Positions 1-8,600 of a stretch of DNA of 64,000 nt are shown in pieces. The notes below the pieces were generated by a model, which did no database searches, was not told where the DNA came from, and was given only the letters and a program-made list of their open reading frames with translations. How positions within the stretch are numbered: position 1 is the first letter of the stretch; every line of letters starts with the position of its first letter. The stretch covers positions 22,837 through 86,836 of the forward strand of contig JBBITT010000002.1 of NCBI GenBank assembly GCA_037440625.1. Reading direction: 5' to 3'. The position numbers were made by a program, and so were the translations under genes. Source of the stretch: Chloroflexota bacterium. Lineage in GTDB: Bacteria > Chloroflexota > Anaerolineae > UBA4142.

Positions 1-961
1 AGGTGCGCCGGCGGTAACGGATGTGGTTTCGAGTTTCAAGTTGCAAGTTGCCGGTTCAGACGCTGAAACCTTAAACCTTAAACCGGAAACCTTTTTGCAG
101 TTAGTAGCGTCGGCGGAAAAGAATAGTGAGCATCCGCTTGGTCAAGCCATCGTCAAGTACGCGCAAGAGATCGGTGTAACGCTGAGCGAGCCATCGGAAT
201 TTGGGGCGGTGGCAGGACACGGGGTGCGCGCACGGATTGATGGGCACGAGGTGCTGGTCGGCAATCATAAATTGATGATGGACGCCGGCATCGGCTTGAA
301 TGGTTTGGATGCCAAAGCGAGTCAATTGGCGGACGAAGGCAAGACGGCGATGTTCGCGGCGATTGATGGCAAGCCCGCCGGTGTGATCGCGGTTGCGGAT
401 ACGCTCAAGCCCAATTCCAAAGCGGCGGTCGAAGCGTTGAAGAAACTTGGCTTGAAAGTGTATATGTTGACCGGCGATAATCCGCGCACGGCGGCGGCGA
501 TTGCCCGTCAGGTTGGCATCGAGCATTATTTTGCCGAAGTGTTGCCGCACCAAAAAGCCGACAAGGCCAAAGAATTGCAAGCGCAAGGTGAACGCGTGGC
601 GATGGTGGGCGATGGGATCAATGATGCGCCCGCGCTTGCCCAAGCCGATATTGGCATTGCGATTGGGACCGGCACCGATGTGGCGATGCAAGCGGCAGAG
701 ATCACGCTCATGTCCGGAGATTTGCGCGGCGTGGTTACGGCGATTGCCTTGTCCAAACAAACAATTCGTACGATTCGCGGCAACTTGTTCTGGGCATTCT
801 TTTACAATGTCTTGGGGATTCCAGTTGCGGCAGGTGTGTTGTATCCATTCTTTGGTATTCTGCTCAACCCAATGATCTCGGCGGCGGCGATGGCGTTCTC
901 ATCGGTCTTTGTTGTCACGAATTCGTTGCGCTTGCGCGGATTCAAAGCGCCGGCAATTTAA
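1..961 (+). CDS. copA: Heavy-metal (copper) translocating P1B-type ATPase, C-terminal part; the 5' end lies outside the window
   Basis: The frame is open from the window edge (first full codon at nt 2). Motifs seen: ..GAPAVTDVV.., [16 protein letters not shown], the [20 protein letters not shown] hinge, and two C-terminal TM helices. Confidence 0.9.
   Translation, partial: GAPAVTDVVSSFKLQVAGSDAETLNLKPETFLQLVASAEKNSEHPLGQAIVKYAQEIGVTLSEPSEFGAVAGHGVRARIDGHEVLVGNHKLMMDAGIGLNGLDAKASQLADEGKTAMFAAIDGKPAGVIAVADTLKPNSKAAVEALKKLGLKVYMLTGDNPRTAAAIARQVGIEHYFAEVLPHQKADKAKELQAQGERVAMVGDGINDAPALAQADIGIAIGTGTDVAMQAAEITLMSGDLRGVVTAIALSKQTIRTIRGNLFWAFFYNVLGIPVAAGVLYPFFGILLNPMISAAAMAFSSVFVVTNSLRLRGFKAPAI
25..91. 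repeat. Inverted pair of degenerate heptamer arrays (GTTKCAA type), in frame inside copA
   Basis: Left arm is GGTTTCG AGTTTCA AGTTGCA AGTTGCC GGTTCAG (25-59). Right arm is CTGAAAC CTTAAAC CTTAAAC CGGAAAC (63-90). The arms are roughly complementary and strictly 7-nt periodic. Confidence 0.7.
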
Positions 962-973
962 GGAGAGAGACGA

Positions 974-1282
974 GTGAAAGTTGAGTTGTTGTGGTTTGCG
1001 GGGTGTCCATCGTACTTGCGTGCACAAGAACTGCTCGCCCAGGTGTTGCGCGAAGAAGGGGTTGACGCACCGATTGAGATGATTCAAGTGCATGATGATG
1101 CAGAAGCCATCGCGCAAAAATTTCTTGGTTCGCCGACGATTCGCCTGAACGGCCAAGACCCCTTTGCCGAACCCGGGCAAGATCAATTTGCAATGCAGTG
1201 TCGCGTGTATCGTACACCGGCAGGATTGAAGGGTGTGCCCACGCTAGAGATGCTCCGCGCCGCCGTTCGCGCGCACAAGTAA
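974..1282 (+). CDS. Small thioredoxin/glutaredoxin-fold protein (single CPS motif)
   Basis: 102-aa ORF with a GTG start 13 nt after the copA stop. The N-terminal ..WFAGCPSY.. and ..GSPTIRLNG.. resemble thioredoxin-fold proteins found next to metal-resistance genes. Confidence 0.6.
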   Translation: MKVELLWFAGCPSYLRAQELLAQVLREEGVDAPIEMIQVHDDAEAIAQKFLGSPTIRLNGQDPFAEPGQDQFAMQCRVYRTPAGLKGVPTLEMLRAAVRAHK

Positions 1283-1298
1283 CCCGGTGTGCCTGACG

Positions 1299-1880
1299 AT
1301 GGGCAAATGTTTGGCGCAGATCTACGATCCGGTGATTGCTCCGCTCGATGCGTTGGGTGTGCGTCGTTGGCGCGAATGGGCGGTGAGCACGGCGCAAGGA
1401 CGCGTGCTGGAAATAGGCATTGGCACGGGTTTGAATTTGCGGCATTATCGGAAGGCGCAAGCGATTGCGGCGATTGACCCGGATGGCGAATCGTTGCAAC
1501 GTGCGCGCGCCCGCCGAAATGGTACCGTCATCGGTTTGTCTCAAGCGCGCGCCGAAGCGTTGCCTTTTGCCGATGAATCGTTCGATGCGGTGGTTGGGAC
1601 GCTGACGTTTTGCAGTATCGGTGAGCCGGCGCGCGCGTTGAACGAAGTGCGGCGGGTGTTGAAAGCCGGCGGCGCGTTGCGCTTGGTTGAACATGTGCGA
1701 GTGCAAAATCGTTTCATCGCTGCGATGCAGGATGTACTCACGCCAATGTGGCGCCGCATCGCCGGCAATTGTCATTTGAATCGCAATACGTTAGTGGCAG
1801 TGGAACAAGCTGGTTTTCGTGTTCGTCGCGTGAATCGTTTGATCGGCAATTTATTTATCGGCATTGATGCGGTCAAGTAG
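1299..1880 (+). CDS. Class I SAM-dependent methyltransferase
   Basis: Motif I is VLEIGIGTGLNL, with an acidic post-I residue and a Methyltransf_11-like layout. The ORF opens at GTG 1287; ATG 1299 was chosen, so the start is uncertain. Confidence 0.75.
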   Translation: MGKCLAQIYDPVIAPLDALGVRRWREWAVSTAQGRVLEIGIGTGLNLRHYRKAQAIAAIDPDGESLQRARARRNGTVIGLSQARAEALPFADESFDAVVGTLTFCSIGEPARALNEVRRVLKAGGALRLVEHVRVQNRFIAAMQDVLTPMWRRIAGNCHLNRNTLVAVEQAGFRVRRVNRLIGNLFIGIDAVK

Positions 1881-1906
1881 AAAAAATCCAAAAAGGAGGA
1901 TTGCAA

Positions 1907-2095
1907 ATGCAACACAAGGACCCGGTGTGCGGGATGATGGTGGAGGAAAGTACCGCCAAATGGAAATGGGACTATAAGGGCACGACGTATTATTTCTGTG
2001 CCAAAGGGTGTCTGGTCGCGTTTCAAAAAGATCCGGAAAAATTTTTGAAAAACGGGCCGATGATGCACATGCCTGATCCCGAACACAAACATTAG
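1907..2095 (+). CDS. YHS/TRASH-domain metal-binding protein
   Basis: Contains DPVCGMMV...YYFCAKGCLVAFQKDPEKF, the classic YHS pattern. An AAGGAGG SD (1893-1899) sits 7 nt before ATG 1907. Confidence 0.85.
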   Translation: MQHKDPVCGMMVEESTAKWKWDYKGTTYYFCAKGCLVAFQKDPEKFLKNGPMMHMPDPEHKH

Positions 2096-2123
2096 AAGGC
2101 ATTTGAAAATTCAAAAATGCCTT
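2096..2123 (+). terminator. Stem-loop immediately after the YHS gene (no T-tract)
   Basis: AAGGCATTT (2096-2104) pairs with AAATGCCTT (2115-2123), a 9-bp perfect stem. Confidence 0.35.
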
Positions 2124-2187
2124 GACTTCTCGTTGGGCAAATTTGCCCTACAATAACCCACTGTTCAAATGCGCTCTTAGAACGAGC

Positions 2188-2214
2188 ACGCGCGGCGTCG
2201 AGTCGCGCGTTTTT
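2188..2214 (+). terminator. Intrinsic terminator-like hairpin with a T5 tail, upstream of the nuoA promoter
   Basis: ACGCGCG (2188-2194) pairs with CGCGCGT (2204-2210), followed by TTTTT. Confidence 0.5.
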
Positions 2215-2231
2215 GGTTGCTGAAAAAGTTT

Positions 2232-2260
2232 TTGACAATCCGCACAAAATGTAATATGAT
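2232..2260 (+). promoter_or_regulatory. Sigma-70-type promoter for the nuo locus
   Basis: TTGACA (2232-2237), a 17-nt spacer, then TATGAT (2255-2260). It sits 40 nt upstream of the nuoA ATG. Confidence 0.6.
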
Positions 2261-2299
2261 TCACAAAGTTAATCTTGAAATCCTTTTATCAGGTCGCCA

Positions 2300-2656
2300 A
2301 TGCCGATAGATTACTTGCCTATTCTCATCATGATCATTGTTGCCGTCGCGTTTGCGGCAATCGCGCTGACCTTTTCTTTTATCACCGGTCCTCGCCGTCC
2401 CCACCCGGCAAAACTTGCGCCCTATGAATCGGGCATGCCGCCGTTTGGTTCTGCGCGACGAAGAATTTCCATCAAATACTACTTGACCGCCGTTCTCTTT
2501 ATTCTGTTCGATATTGAGATCATTTTCTTTTACCCGTGGGCGGTCTTGTTCAATCAACTCAAATTGTTTGGGTTGATCGAGATGGCAATCTTCGTCGCGA
2601 TTCTGTTGGTGGGGTATGTGTATATCTGGCGCAAGGGTGGGTTTGAGTGGGACTGA
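2300..2656 (+). CDS. nuoA: NADH-quinone oxidoreductase subunit A
   Basis: 118 aa with 3 TM helices. Contains ..KLAPYESGMPP.. and ..FILFDIEIIFFYPWAV.., typical NuoA/ND3 signatures. Confidence 0.9.
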   Translation: MPIDYLPILIMIIVAVAFAAIALTFSFITGPRRPHPAKLAPYESGMPPFGSARRRISIKYYLTAVLFILFDIEIIFFYPWAVLFNQLKLFGLIEMAIFVAILLVGYVYIWRKGGFEWD

Positions 2657-2677
2657 GCAGAAAGTTGAGGGGAGAGT

Positions 2678-3151
2678 ATGTTATCGCAGCAAACTAGACA
2701 AATCATTCAAAAACTCACCACCCAGTACCCAGACAAACGCTCGGTGGTGATGCCGGCGTTGCATCTGGCGCAACACGAAATCGGTTGGTTGCCGGATGAA
2801 GCGATCCAAGAGATTGGCCATTTGCTCGGTTTGTCCAAAACCGAAGTGAATGGCGTAGCAACGTTTTACACGATGTACGCGCGCGAAAAACCGGGCAGGC
2901 ATACGATCATGTTCTGCACCGATTTACCCTGCGCCTTGCGTGGCGCCGACGAAATGCTGGAACATTTGGAACACAAGTTGGGGTGTCACGCCGGCGAAAC
3001 CTCGCCGGATGGCGCGGTTACGCTGAAAGAAGCGGAATGTTTGGGTGGCTGTGATCACGCGCCGGTGATGCTCATTGATGGTCAACGCCACGCCCAAGAC
3101 CTTACGAATGAAAAGTTGGACGAAATCATCGAACAGCTGAAAAAGGAATAA
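2678..3151 (+). CDS. nuoE: NADH-quinone oxidoreductase subunit E (thioredoxin-like 2Fe-2S)
   Basis: N-terminal ..YPDKRSVVMPALHLAQ... Four-Cys pattern FCTDLPC ... ECLGGCDHAPVM, typical of the NuoE / 24-kDa subunit. Confidence 0.85.
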   Translation: MLSQQTRQIIQKLTTQYPDKRSVVMPALHLAQHEIGWLPDEAIQEIGHLLGLSKTEVNGVATFYTMYAREKPGRHTIMFCTDLPCALRGADEMLEHLEHKLGCHAGETSPDGAVTLKEAECLGGCDHAPVMLIDGQRHAQDLTNEKLDEIIEQLKKE

Positions 3152-3157
3152 ATCCTG

Positions 3158-4174
3158 GTGACCCTCGATCCATTGGTTATTACGATTATCGAAGCTCTTA
3201 TCAAAACCATTATCGTGATTGTGGTGTTGTTGGGTGGCTTTGCGTACCTCACCTTGCTCGAGCGATACGTGGTTGCCAAGATTCAGGCACGCATTGGACC
3301 CAATCGCGTGGGGGCGATTGGCGGCATTGCGGTTCTGCAACCTATCGCCGATGCGATCAAGATGATCTTTAAGGAAGATATTTGGCCCTCCCAAGCCGAC
3401 AAGATCATCTACACGATTGCGCCCGGCATCGCCGTGGCGACGGCATTGATCGCGTGGGCGGTCATCCCCCTGCACCCCTCGGCGGAAATTTTTGGTTATC
3501 ACATTGATTTCTACATCGCGGATGTCAACGTTGCCCTGTTGTTCATTCTGGCGATGGGATCGCTGGGCGTGTACGGCATTGTGTTGGGTGGTTGGGGATC
3601 GAACAACAAGTACTCGATGTTCGGTGCGTTGCGTTCGACGGCGCAGATGATTAGTTATGAAGTGTCGTTGGGTCTCGCGCTGGTGGGCGTGCTGATGATT
3701 AATGGCTCACTCAGTCTCGTGGACATTGTGAACAAACAGGCAACGATTTGGAATGTGGTCTGGCAACCGCTGGGCTTTATCATCTATTTGGTGGCGGCGA
3801 CCGCCGAGATCAATCGGTTGCCGTTTGATTTGCCAGAAGCGGAGACCGAACTTGTCGCTGGCTATCAAACCGAATATTCCTCGCTCAAGTTTGCTCTGTT
3901 CTATATGGCAGAGTACATCAATATGACGACCGTCTGCGCCATCGCTGCGACGATGTTTCTGGGCGGCTATCAAGGACCGTTCGGTTTGTTTCCCGGCGTG
4001 TGGTGGCTCGTCATCAAAGTTCTGTTTTTCATCTTTGTCTTGATGTGGGTGCGGGGCACGTTGCCGCGTTTTCGGTACGATCAATTGATGCGGTTTGGTT
4101 GGCAAGTCTTGTTCCCGCTCGCATTGGCAAACATCTTTATCACGGCGATTGGGTTGGTCTGGCTTGGGCGATAG
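3158..4174 (+). CDS. nuoH: NADH-quinone oxidoreductase subunit H
   Basis: Contains ..IGPNRVG.. and ..AEINRLPFDLPEAETELVAGYQTEYS.., ND1/NuoH signatures. Multi-pass membrane protein with a GTG start. Confidence 0.92.
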   Translation: MTLDPLVITIIEALIKTIIVIVVLLGGFAYLTLLERYVVAKIQARIGPNRVGAIGGIAVLQPIADAIKMIFKEDIWPSQADKIIYTIAPGIAVATALIAWAVIPLHPSAEIFGYHIDFYIADVNVALLFILAMGSLGVYGIVLGGWGSNNKYSMFGALRSTAQMISYEVSLGLALVGVLMINGSLSLVDIVNKQATIWNVVWQPLGFIIYLVAATAEINRLPFDLPEAETELVAGYQTEYSSLKFALFYMAEYINMTTVCAIAATMFLGGYQGPFGLFPGVWWLVIKVLFFIFVLMWVRGTLPRFRYDQLMRFGWQVLFPLALANIFITAIGLVWLGR

Positions 4175-4205
4175 GACAAGTTTGTAAATTTGTCCAACGG
4201 AGACG

Positions 4206-4691
4206 ATGATGCTGAAGGAACTCGAACCGATTGCAGCCAAGTTGAACGAAGCGTGCACGATGATGATGCGGACACTCGATCAACTCAGTGAAGACCAAGC
4301 AACAACATTGATGGTTACGCCGGACTGGTCGGTGAAAGACGCGCTTGCACATTTAGTCGGTGCGAAACGTGGAATGACGCGTATGGCGCAACGCTTTGCG
4401 GCGGGCGAGAATCCGCAACTGCCCGAAGATTACAACAACGATTACTATAACGCGCGTCAGGTTGCCAAACGCAAAGCGATGTCGTTTGGCGAGGTGCGCG
4501 CGGAACTCGATGCGGCGCATCAAGAGTTATTGGCATTTCTGGAAAGTTTGACGCCTCAACAACTTGAACTGCGCGGCGAGCATCCGATCGCGGGTGAGAT
4601 TCCGCTCAAAGATTTGTTGGTGGTGATTTACAATCACGAGACACAACATTGCAAGGAAATCAACGACAAGATTCGTGAGATGAAGAAATAA
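4206..4691 (+). CDS. DinB-family (DinB_2 / MDMPI_N-like) four-helix-bundle protein
   Basis: Contains ..WSVKDALAHLVGA.. and ..YNHETQHCKEI.., the His-containing DinB pattern. Its stop codon abuts the nuoJ ATG (4689-4691 TAA, 4692 ATG). Confidence 0.7.
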   Translation: MMLKELEPIAAKLNEACTMMMRTLDQLSEDQATTLMVTPDWSVKDALAHLVGAKRGMTRMAQRFAAGENPQLPEDYNNDYYNARQVAKRKAMSFGEVRAELDAAHQELLAFLESLTPQQLELRGEHPIAGEIPLKDLLVVIYNHETQHCKEINDKIREMKK

Positions 4692-5204
4692 ATGGACCTC
4701 CTCATCTTTTATTTTTTTGCTGGGCTTGCCATGATCGCGGCGATGGGTGTCGTGGCGGTGCGGAGTGCGGTGTACTCGGCATTGTGTCTTGCGGTGGTGT
4801 TTGTTTCACTTGCCGCCTTGTACGTTTTGCTGAGCGCGCCGTTCATCGCCGTAGCCCAAGTGATGATTTACGCGGGCGCCATCCTCATTCTGTTCGTGTT
4901 CGTGATTATGATGCTTAGCCCGGGCGTGGATCAAGGCGCGGGCGCGCTGAAACGCCAGCGGCCACTTGCCATCGTTTTTGGACTCGCGCTCGTCATCGAA
5001 TTGTTGGCGGTGCTGGCAGTTGCAGGTTTGCCCGCCGCGCGCGGAACATTCACGCCGGAAAAAATCGCCCAGATCGGAAGCGTGCAAGCGGTAGGTGCCG
5101 CGCTGTTCACCGATTTTCTCTTGCCCTTTGAAATCACTTCGCTCTTGTTACTCGTGGCGATCATTGGTGTCATTGTGCTGGCGAAAAAACCACGGAAAGG
5201 TTAA
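4692..5204 (+). CDS. nuoJ: NADH-quinone oxidoreductase subunit J
   Basis: 170 aa, hydrophobic, with a ND6/NuoJ-like ..AQVMIYAGAILILFVFVIMM.. segment. Confidence 0.88.
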   Translation: MDLLIFYFFAGLAMIAAMGVVAVRSAVYSALCLAVVFVSLAALYVLLSAPFIAVAQVMIYAGAILILFVFVIMMLSPGVDQGAGALKRQRPLAIVFGLALVIELLAVLAVAGLPAARGTFTPEKIAQIGSVQAVGAALFTDFLLPFEITSLLLLVAIIGVIVLAKKPRKG

Positions 5205-5250
5205 AGGTTCCAAGTTTCAGGTTCAACGTTTAACCTTGAACTGTGAACTC
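5205..5250. repeat. Heptamer-periodic hairpin element in the nuoJ-nuoK spacer
   Basis: AGGTTCC AAGTTTC AGGTTCA ACGTTTA ACCTTGA ACTGTGA. The left and right halves are roughly complementary. Same family as 25-91 and 59881-59915. Confidence 0.6.
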
Positions 5251-5254
5251 GATT

Positions 5255-5554
5255 ATGACTGTTCATCACTTTATCATTCTCAGCGCAATTCTTTTCAGCA
5301 TCGGTGCAGTGGGTGTCTTGGTGCGCCGCAATCCACTCATCATGTTTATGAGCGTCGAGTTGATGCTGAACTCGGTCAATTTGGCGTTCGTCGCGTTCTC
5401 GCGTTATCTCCAAGTTCTCGACGGACAAGTATTTGTCTTTTTGATTCTTGCCGTCGCCGCCGCCGAGGTTGCTGTTGGCCTGGCTATCATCGTGGCGATC
5501 TTCCGCACGCGCGAAACCGTGGATGTGGACGAAATTAGCGGATTGAAGGGATAA
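5255..5554 (+). CDS. nuoK: NADH-quinone oxidoreductase subunit K
   Basis: Contains ..[31 protein letters not shown].., a ND4L/NuoK signature. The ORF opens at GTG 5243 inside the repeat, so ATG 5255 is preferred. Confidence 0.88.
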   Translation: MTVHHFIILSAILFSIGAVGVLVRRNPLIMFMSVELMLNSVNLAFVAFSRYLQVLDGQVFVFLILAVAAAEVAVGLAIIVAIFRTRETVDVDEISGLKG

Positions 5555-5557
5555 TCC

Positions 5558-6169
5558 ATGAGCGATGCAGAATTGGTCAATCGCGCGTTTCGCGTCATTC
5601 TGCTTGGCGTTGAAGATGTGGTGGGCAAAAATGGAATGGCGTTGGTTCTGCGCACGGCGGGTCTATCGCAGTACATCGGTAACTATCCGCCCAGTGACAC
5701 GGAGCGTGGCGGACATCTGGTGCAATACGCCAGCCGCATCAATCGGGCGTTGTACGATATTTATGGGGCGCGCGGCGCACGTGCAATCCTGAATCGAATT
5801 GGGCGCGGACGCGCATGGAACGCTATCGAGGAAAATGCGGCGTTTGCCAACGCGATCAAGATGGCGATCAGTTTGTTGCCACGTCGAATGAAGGTGAAAC
5901 TGGCGCTCGAACGAGTCTCGAAAGAATTCAGTCATCAAATGGGCACAGAGATCCAGTTCTTTGAGGAGGGCGAGGAATTCATTTGGGAAGACCCGTACTG
6001 TTCGAGTTGTATGGATTGGCAGAGCGATGTGCCAGTATGCCACACGACGGCGGGTTTTATTTTTGGCGTGATTGCCTGGGGCTTGGGGGACGAGAATTTC
6101 AAGGTGCAAGAGGTTGCCTGCCGCGCCAAGGGCGATGCCGTGTGCCGGTACAGGATTGCGGTGAGTTAG
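5558..6169 (+). CDS. V4R (4-vinyl reductase-type) domain protein
   Basis: The C-terminal pattern CHTTAGFIFGVIAWGLG...VQEVACRAKGDAVCRYRI matches the Cys-containing V4R small-molecule-binding domain. It starts 4 nt after the nuoK stop. Confidence 0.6.
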   Translation: MSDAELVNRAFRVILLGVEDVVGKNGMALVLRTAGLSQYIGNYPPSDTERGGHLVQYASRINRALYDIYGARGARAILNRIGRGRAWNAIEENAAFANAIKMAISLLPRRMKVKLALERVSKEFSHQMGTEIQFFEEGEEFIWEDPYCSSCMDWQSDVPVCHTTAGFIFGVIAWGLGDENFKVQEVACRAKGDAVCRYRIAVS

Positions 6170-6200
6170 CCAAGCCCAAATTCATTACGAGGCAGATTCA

Positions 6201-6578
6201 ATGACCGGCGCAACAACACCATTCATCATTATCACCTCAGCGCTGATCTTTTACTCGATTGGCGTGTGGAGCGAGCGATTCCAAGGTCGGCTCAAGTCGT
6301 GGCATCTGGTTTTCTTTTGGCTGGGACTGGTCTGCGATACTTGGGGCACCGGCTTGATGCTAGAAATGGCGGGTGGGCTGACCGCCGATGTGCACGGTAT
6401 CACCGGCGTGATCGCAATTCTTTTGATGTTCATCCACGCGGTTTGGGCAACCATCGTTTTGGTGCGCCAAGACGAAAAGTGGATCAAGAACTTTCACAAA
6501 TTTAGTGTGGTGGTATGGTGCATCTGGTTGATTCCATATTTCAGCCCGATGTTTTTGCAGATTGGGGCGAGAAGGTGA
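6201..6578 (+). CDS. Small 4-TM membrane protein, HsmA-family (TIGR03987-like) by recollection
   Basis: Contains ..FYSIGVWSERFQGRLKSWHL.., ..HGITGVIAILLMFIHAVWAT.. and ..FHKFSVVVWCIWLIPYF... This resembles my recollection of HsmA-family proteins and has not been verified by a search. Confidence 0.5.
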   Translation: MTGATTPFIIITSALIFYSIGVWSERFQGRLKSWHLVFFWLGLVCDTWGTGLMLEMAGGLTADVHGITGVIAILLMFIHAVWATIVLVRQDEKWIKNFHKFSVVVWCIWLIPYFSPMFLQIGARR

Positions 6579-6701
6579 GGGACGCCAAACCCGCGCGGCG
6601 GGTTTCGAGAGTGATAGATGTTCGTTTCAACGAATGGTGTGCATGGGTGAGCAGGTTATAACGTGTTTCGATGTAATTGATATCATCAAGGGATAAAAAC
6701 T

Positions 6702-8600
6702 TTGTTCAACTATCTCTGGCTCGTGCCGGCATTGCCACTCGCCGGCGCAGTAATCAACGCAATCTTTTCACGTCGGATGCCGCGCTGGCTTGTCAGCGTC
6801 ATCGCGTGCGGCGTGGTTGGCGCGTCGTTTGTCGTGTCGCTGGTCGCGTTCGGCGCGATGCAATACGCGGACGAGCATCATCGCATCATCAACGTATCGT
6901 TGTATTCGTGGATTCCGGTCGGCGGTTTCAAAGTTGACGTCGCCTTCCTGCTGGACCCGCTCTCTGCGCTGATGCTCCTTGTGGTTACCGGCGTCGGCTT
7001 GCTTATTCACGTGTACTCGATCGGCTATATGGAACACGATGAGGGCTACGGACGATTCTTTACGTACCTCAACCTCTTTGTGTTCTCGATGCTGATGCTC
7101 GTGCTCGGCAACAACTATTTGCTGATGTACGTTGGCTGGGAACTCGTTGGCTTGTGCTCGTACTTGCTGATCGCGTTCTGGTTCCACAAGCCGGAAGCGG
7201 CGGCGGCAGGCAAAAAAGCATTCATCACGACGCGCGTCGGCGATTTCGGTTTTGGGTTGGGCGTGATGCTGATTTTCGTCACGTTTGGCACACTCGATTT
7301 TGCGCGCGTGTTTGAAAGTGCGCACGAATGGTTCCAGCCCGGCGCACCGATCATCACGATCATCACGCTGTTACTTTTTGCCGGCGCGGTCGGCAAATCG
7401 GCGCAACTGCCGCTCTACGTTTGGTTGCCCGATGCGATGGAAGGTCCCACGCCAGTCAGCGCGCTCATCCATGCCGCCACGATGGTTACCGCCGGCGTGT
7501 ATATGGTCGCGCGTTCGCATGTGTTGTTCGAACTCGCGCCGTTCTCCTCCGAAGTTGTGGCGTGGATAGGTGCACTCACCGCGCTCTTGGCTGCGACGAT
7601 TGCGCTCGTGCAAATGGATTTGAAACGCGTCCTCGCCTACTCCACGATTTCGCAACTCGGTTATATGTTCCTGGGTGTGGGTGTGATGGCGTACGGCGCG
7701 GGCATCTTTCATTTGATGACGCACGCCTTTTTCAAAGCGTTGCTCTTCCTCGCGGCGGGGAGTGTGATGCATGCGATGAATGGCATTATTGATATGCGGA
7801 AACTGGGCGGCTTGTCGAAAAAGATGCCATGGACGTACGCGACGTTTGGGGTTGCGGCGCTGGCGATTTCCGGTTTCCCGCTCTTGTCCGGCTTTTTCAG
7901 CAAAGACGAAATTCTTGCCGCCGCGTTCGGCTCTGGTCACACGATTTTGTGGGCAATCGGTTTGCTCACGGCATTGCTCACCGCGTTCTACGTTTTTCGT
8001 GCGTTCTTCCTAACGTTCCGAACCGAAGCGCGATGGAAATCTGACCACGCGCTTCACCCGCACGAATCGCCAAGCGTAATGACAATTCCGCTCGCGATTC
8101 TCGCCTTCTTCTCGATTATTGCCGGCTTTGTTGGAATGCCCAAGGTGCTGGGTCCGAATTTCCTCGAAGGATATTTTGAGCCGGTGTTCAAGCCGCACGA
8201 TTTGCATCTCACGCCCTCAATGGAATGGATGTTGATTGGTGCGTCGGTGGCAGTCGGCTTGCTTGGCATTGCCACAGCGTTTTGGTTCTATCAACTGCGT
8301 CCGGAAATTCCAAAGAACTTGGCAAAGCGATTTAGCCGTATCTACAACTTGCTGTGGCACAAGTACTATGTGGACGAAATCTACGCTTGGATTTTCGTCA
8401 AGCAGGGTGGCAAGTTCGCCATGTTCTTGTGGCAAACCGTGGATGTGAAAATCATTGACGGTTTTGCGAATGGGCTGGGACAAGCCACGGCGTCGGTTAG
8501 CCGTGTTCTGCGCGGATGGCAAACCGGTTACGCGCGCGCATATGCCTTGTTGATGCTTATCGGCACGGTGATGGTGCTGGGGTGGTTGATGCTTAAATGA
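6702..8600 (+). CDS. nuoL: NADH-quinone oxidoreductase subunit L
   Basis: 632 aa with a TTG start. Contains ..[27 protein letters not shown].., a ND5/NuoL signature, and a long C-terminal lateral-helix region. Confidence 0.92.
   Translation: MFNYLWLVPALPLAGAVINAIFSRRMPRWLVSVIACGVVGASFVVSLVAFGAMQYADEHHRIINVSLYSWIPVGGFKVDVAFLLDPLSALMLLVVTGVGLLIHVYSIGYMEHDEGYGRFFTYLNLFVFSMLMLVLGNNYLLMYVGWELVGLCSYLLIAFWFHKPEAAAAGKKAFITTRVGDFGFGLGVMLIFVTFGTLDFARVFESAHEWFQPGAPIITIITLLLFAGAVGKSAQLPLYVWLPDAMEGPTPVSALIHAATMVTAGVYMVARSHVLFELAPFSSEVVAWIGALTALLAATIALVQMDLKRVLAYSTISQLGYMFLGVGVMAYGAGIFHLMTHAFFKALLFLAAGSVMHAMNGIIDMRKLGGLSKKMPWTYATFGVAALAISGFPLLSGFFSKDEILAAAFGSGHTILWAIGLLTALLTAFYVFRAFFLTFRTEARWKSDHALHPHESPSVMTIPLAILAFFSIIAGFVGMPKVLGPNFLEGYFEPVFKPHDLHLTPSMEWMLIGASVAVGLLGIATAFWFYQLRPEIPKNLAKRFSRIYNLLWHKYYVDEIYAWIFVKQGGKFAMFLWQTVDVKIIDGFANGLGQATASVSRVLRGWQTGYARAYALLMLIGTVMVLGWLMLK

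Noticed and set aside
2678-3151. NuoE-like gene as HoxE of a bidirectional hydrogenase or part of a formate dehydrogenase diaphorase
   Set aside because: No hoxF/U/Y/H or fdh genes are nearby. The gene is sandwiched between nuoA and nuoH in canonical relative order, so the NuoE call is kept, although its missing NuoF partner is flagged as a finding.
6587-6605. Hairpin AAACCCGC-gcg-GCGGGTTT after the hsmA-like gene as a terminator splitting the nuo locus
   Set aside because: No T-tract follows it and no convincing promoter precedes nuoL. It is left as an unexplained stem-loop rather than called a terminator.
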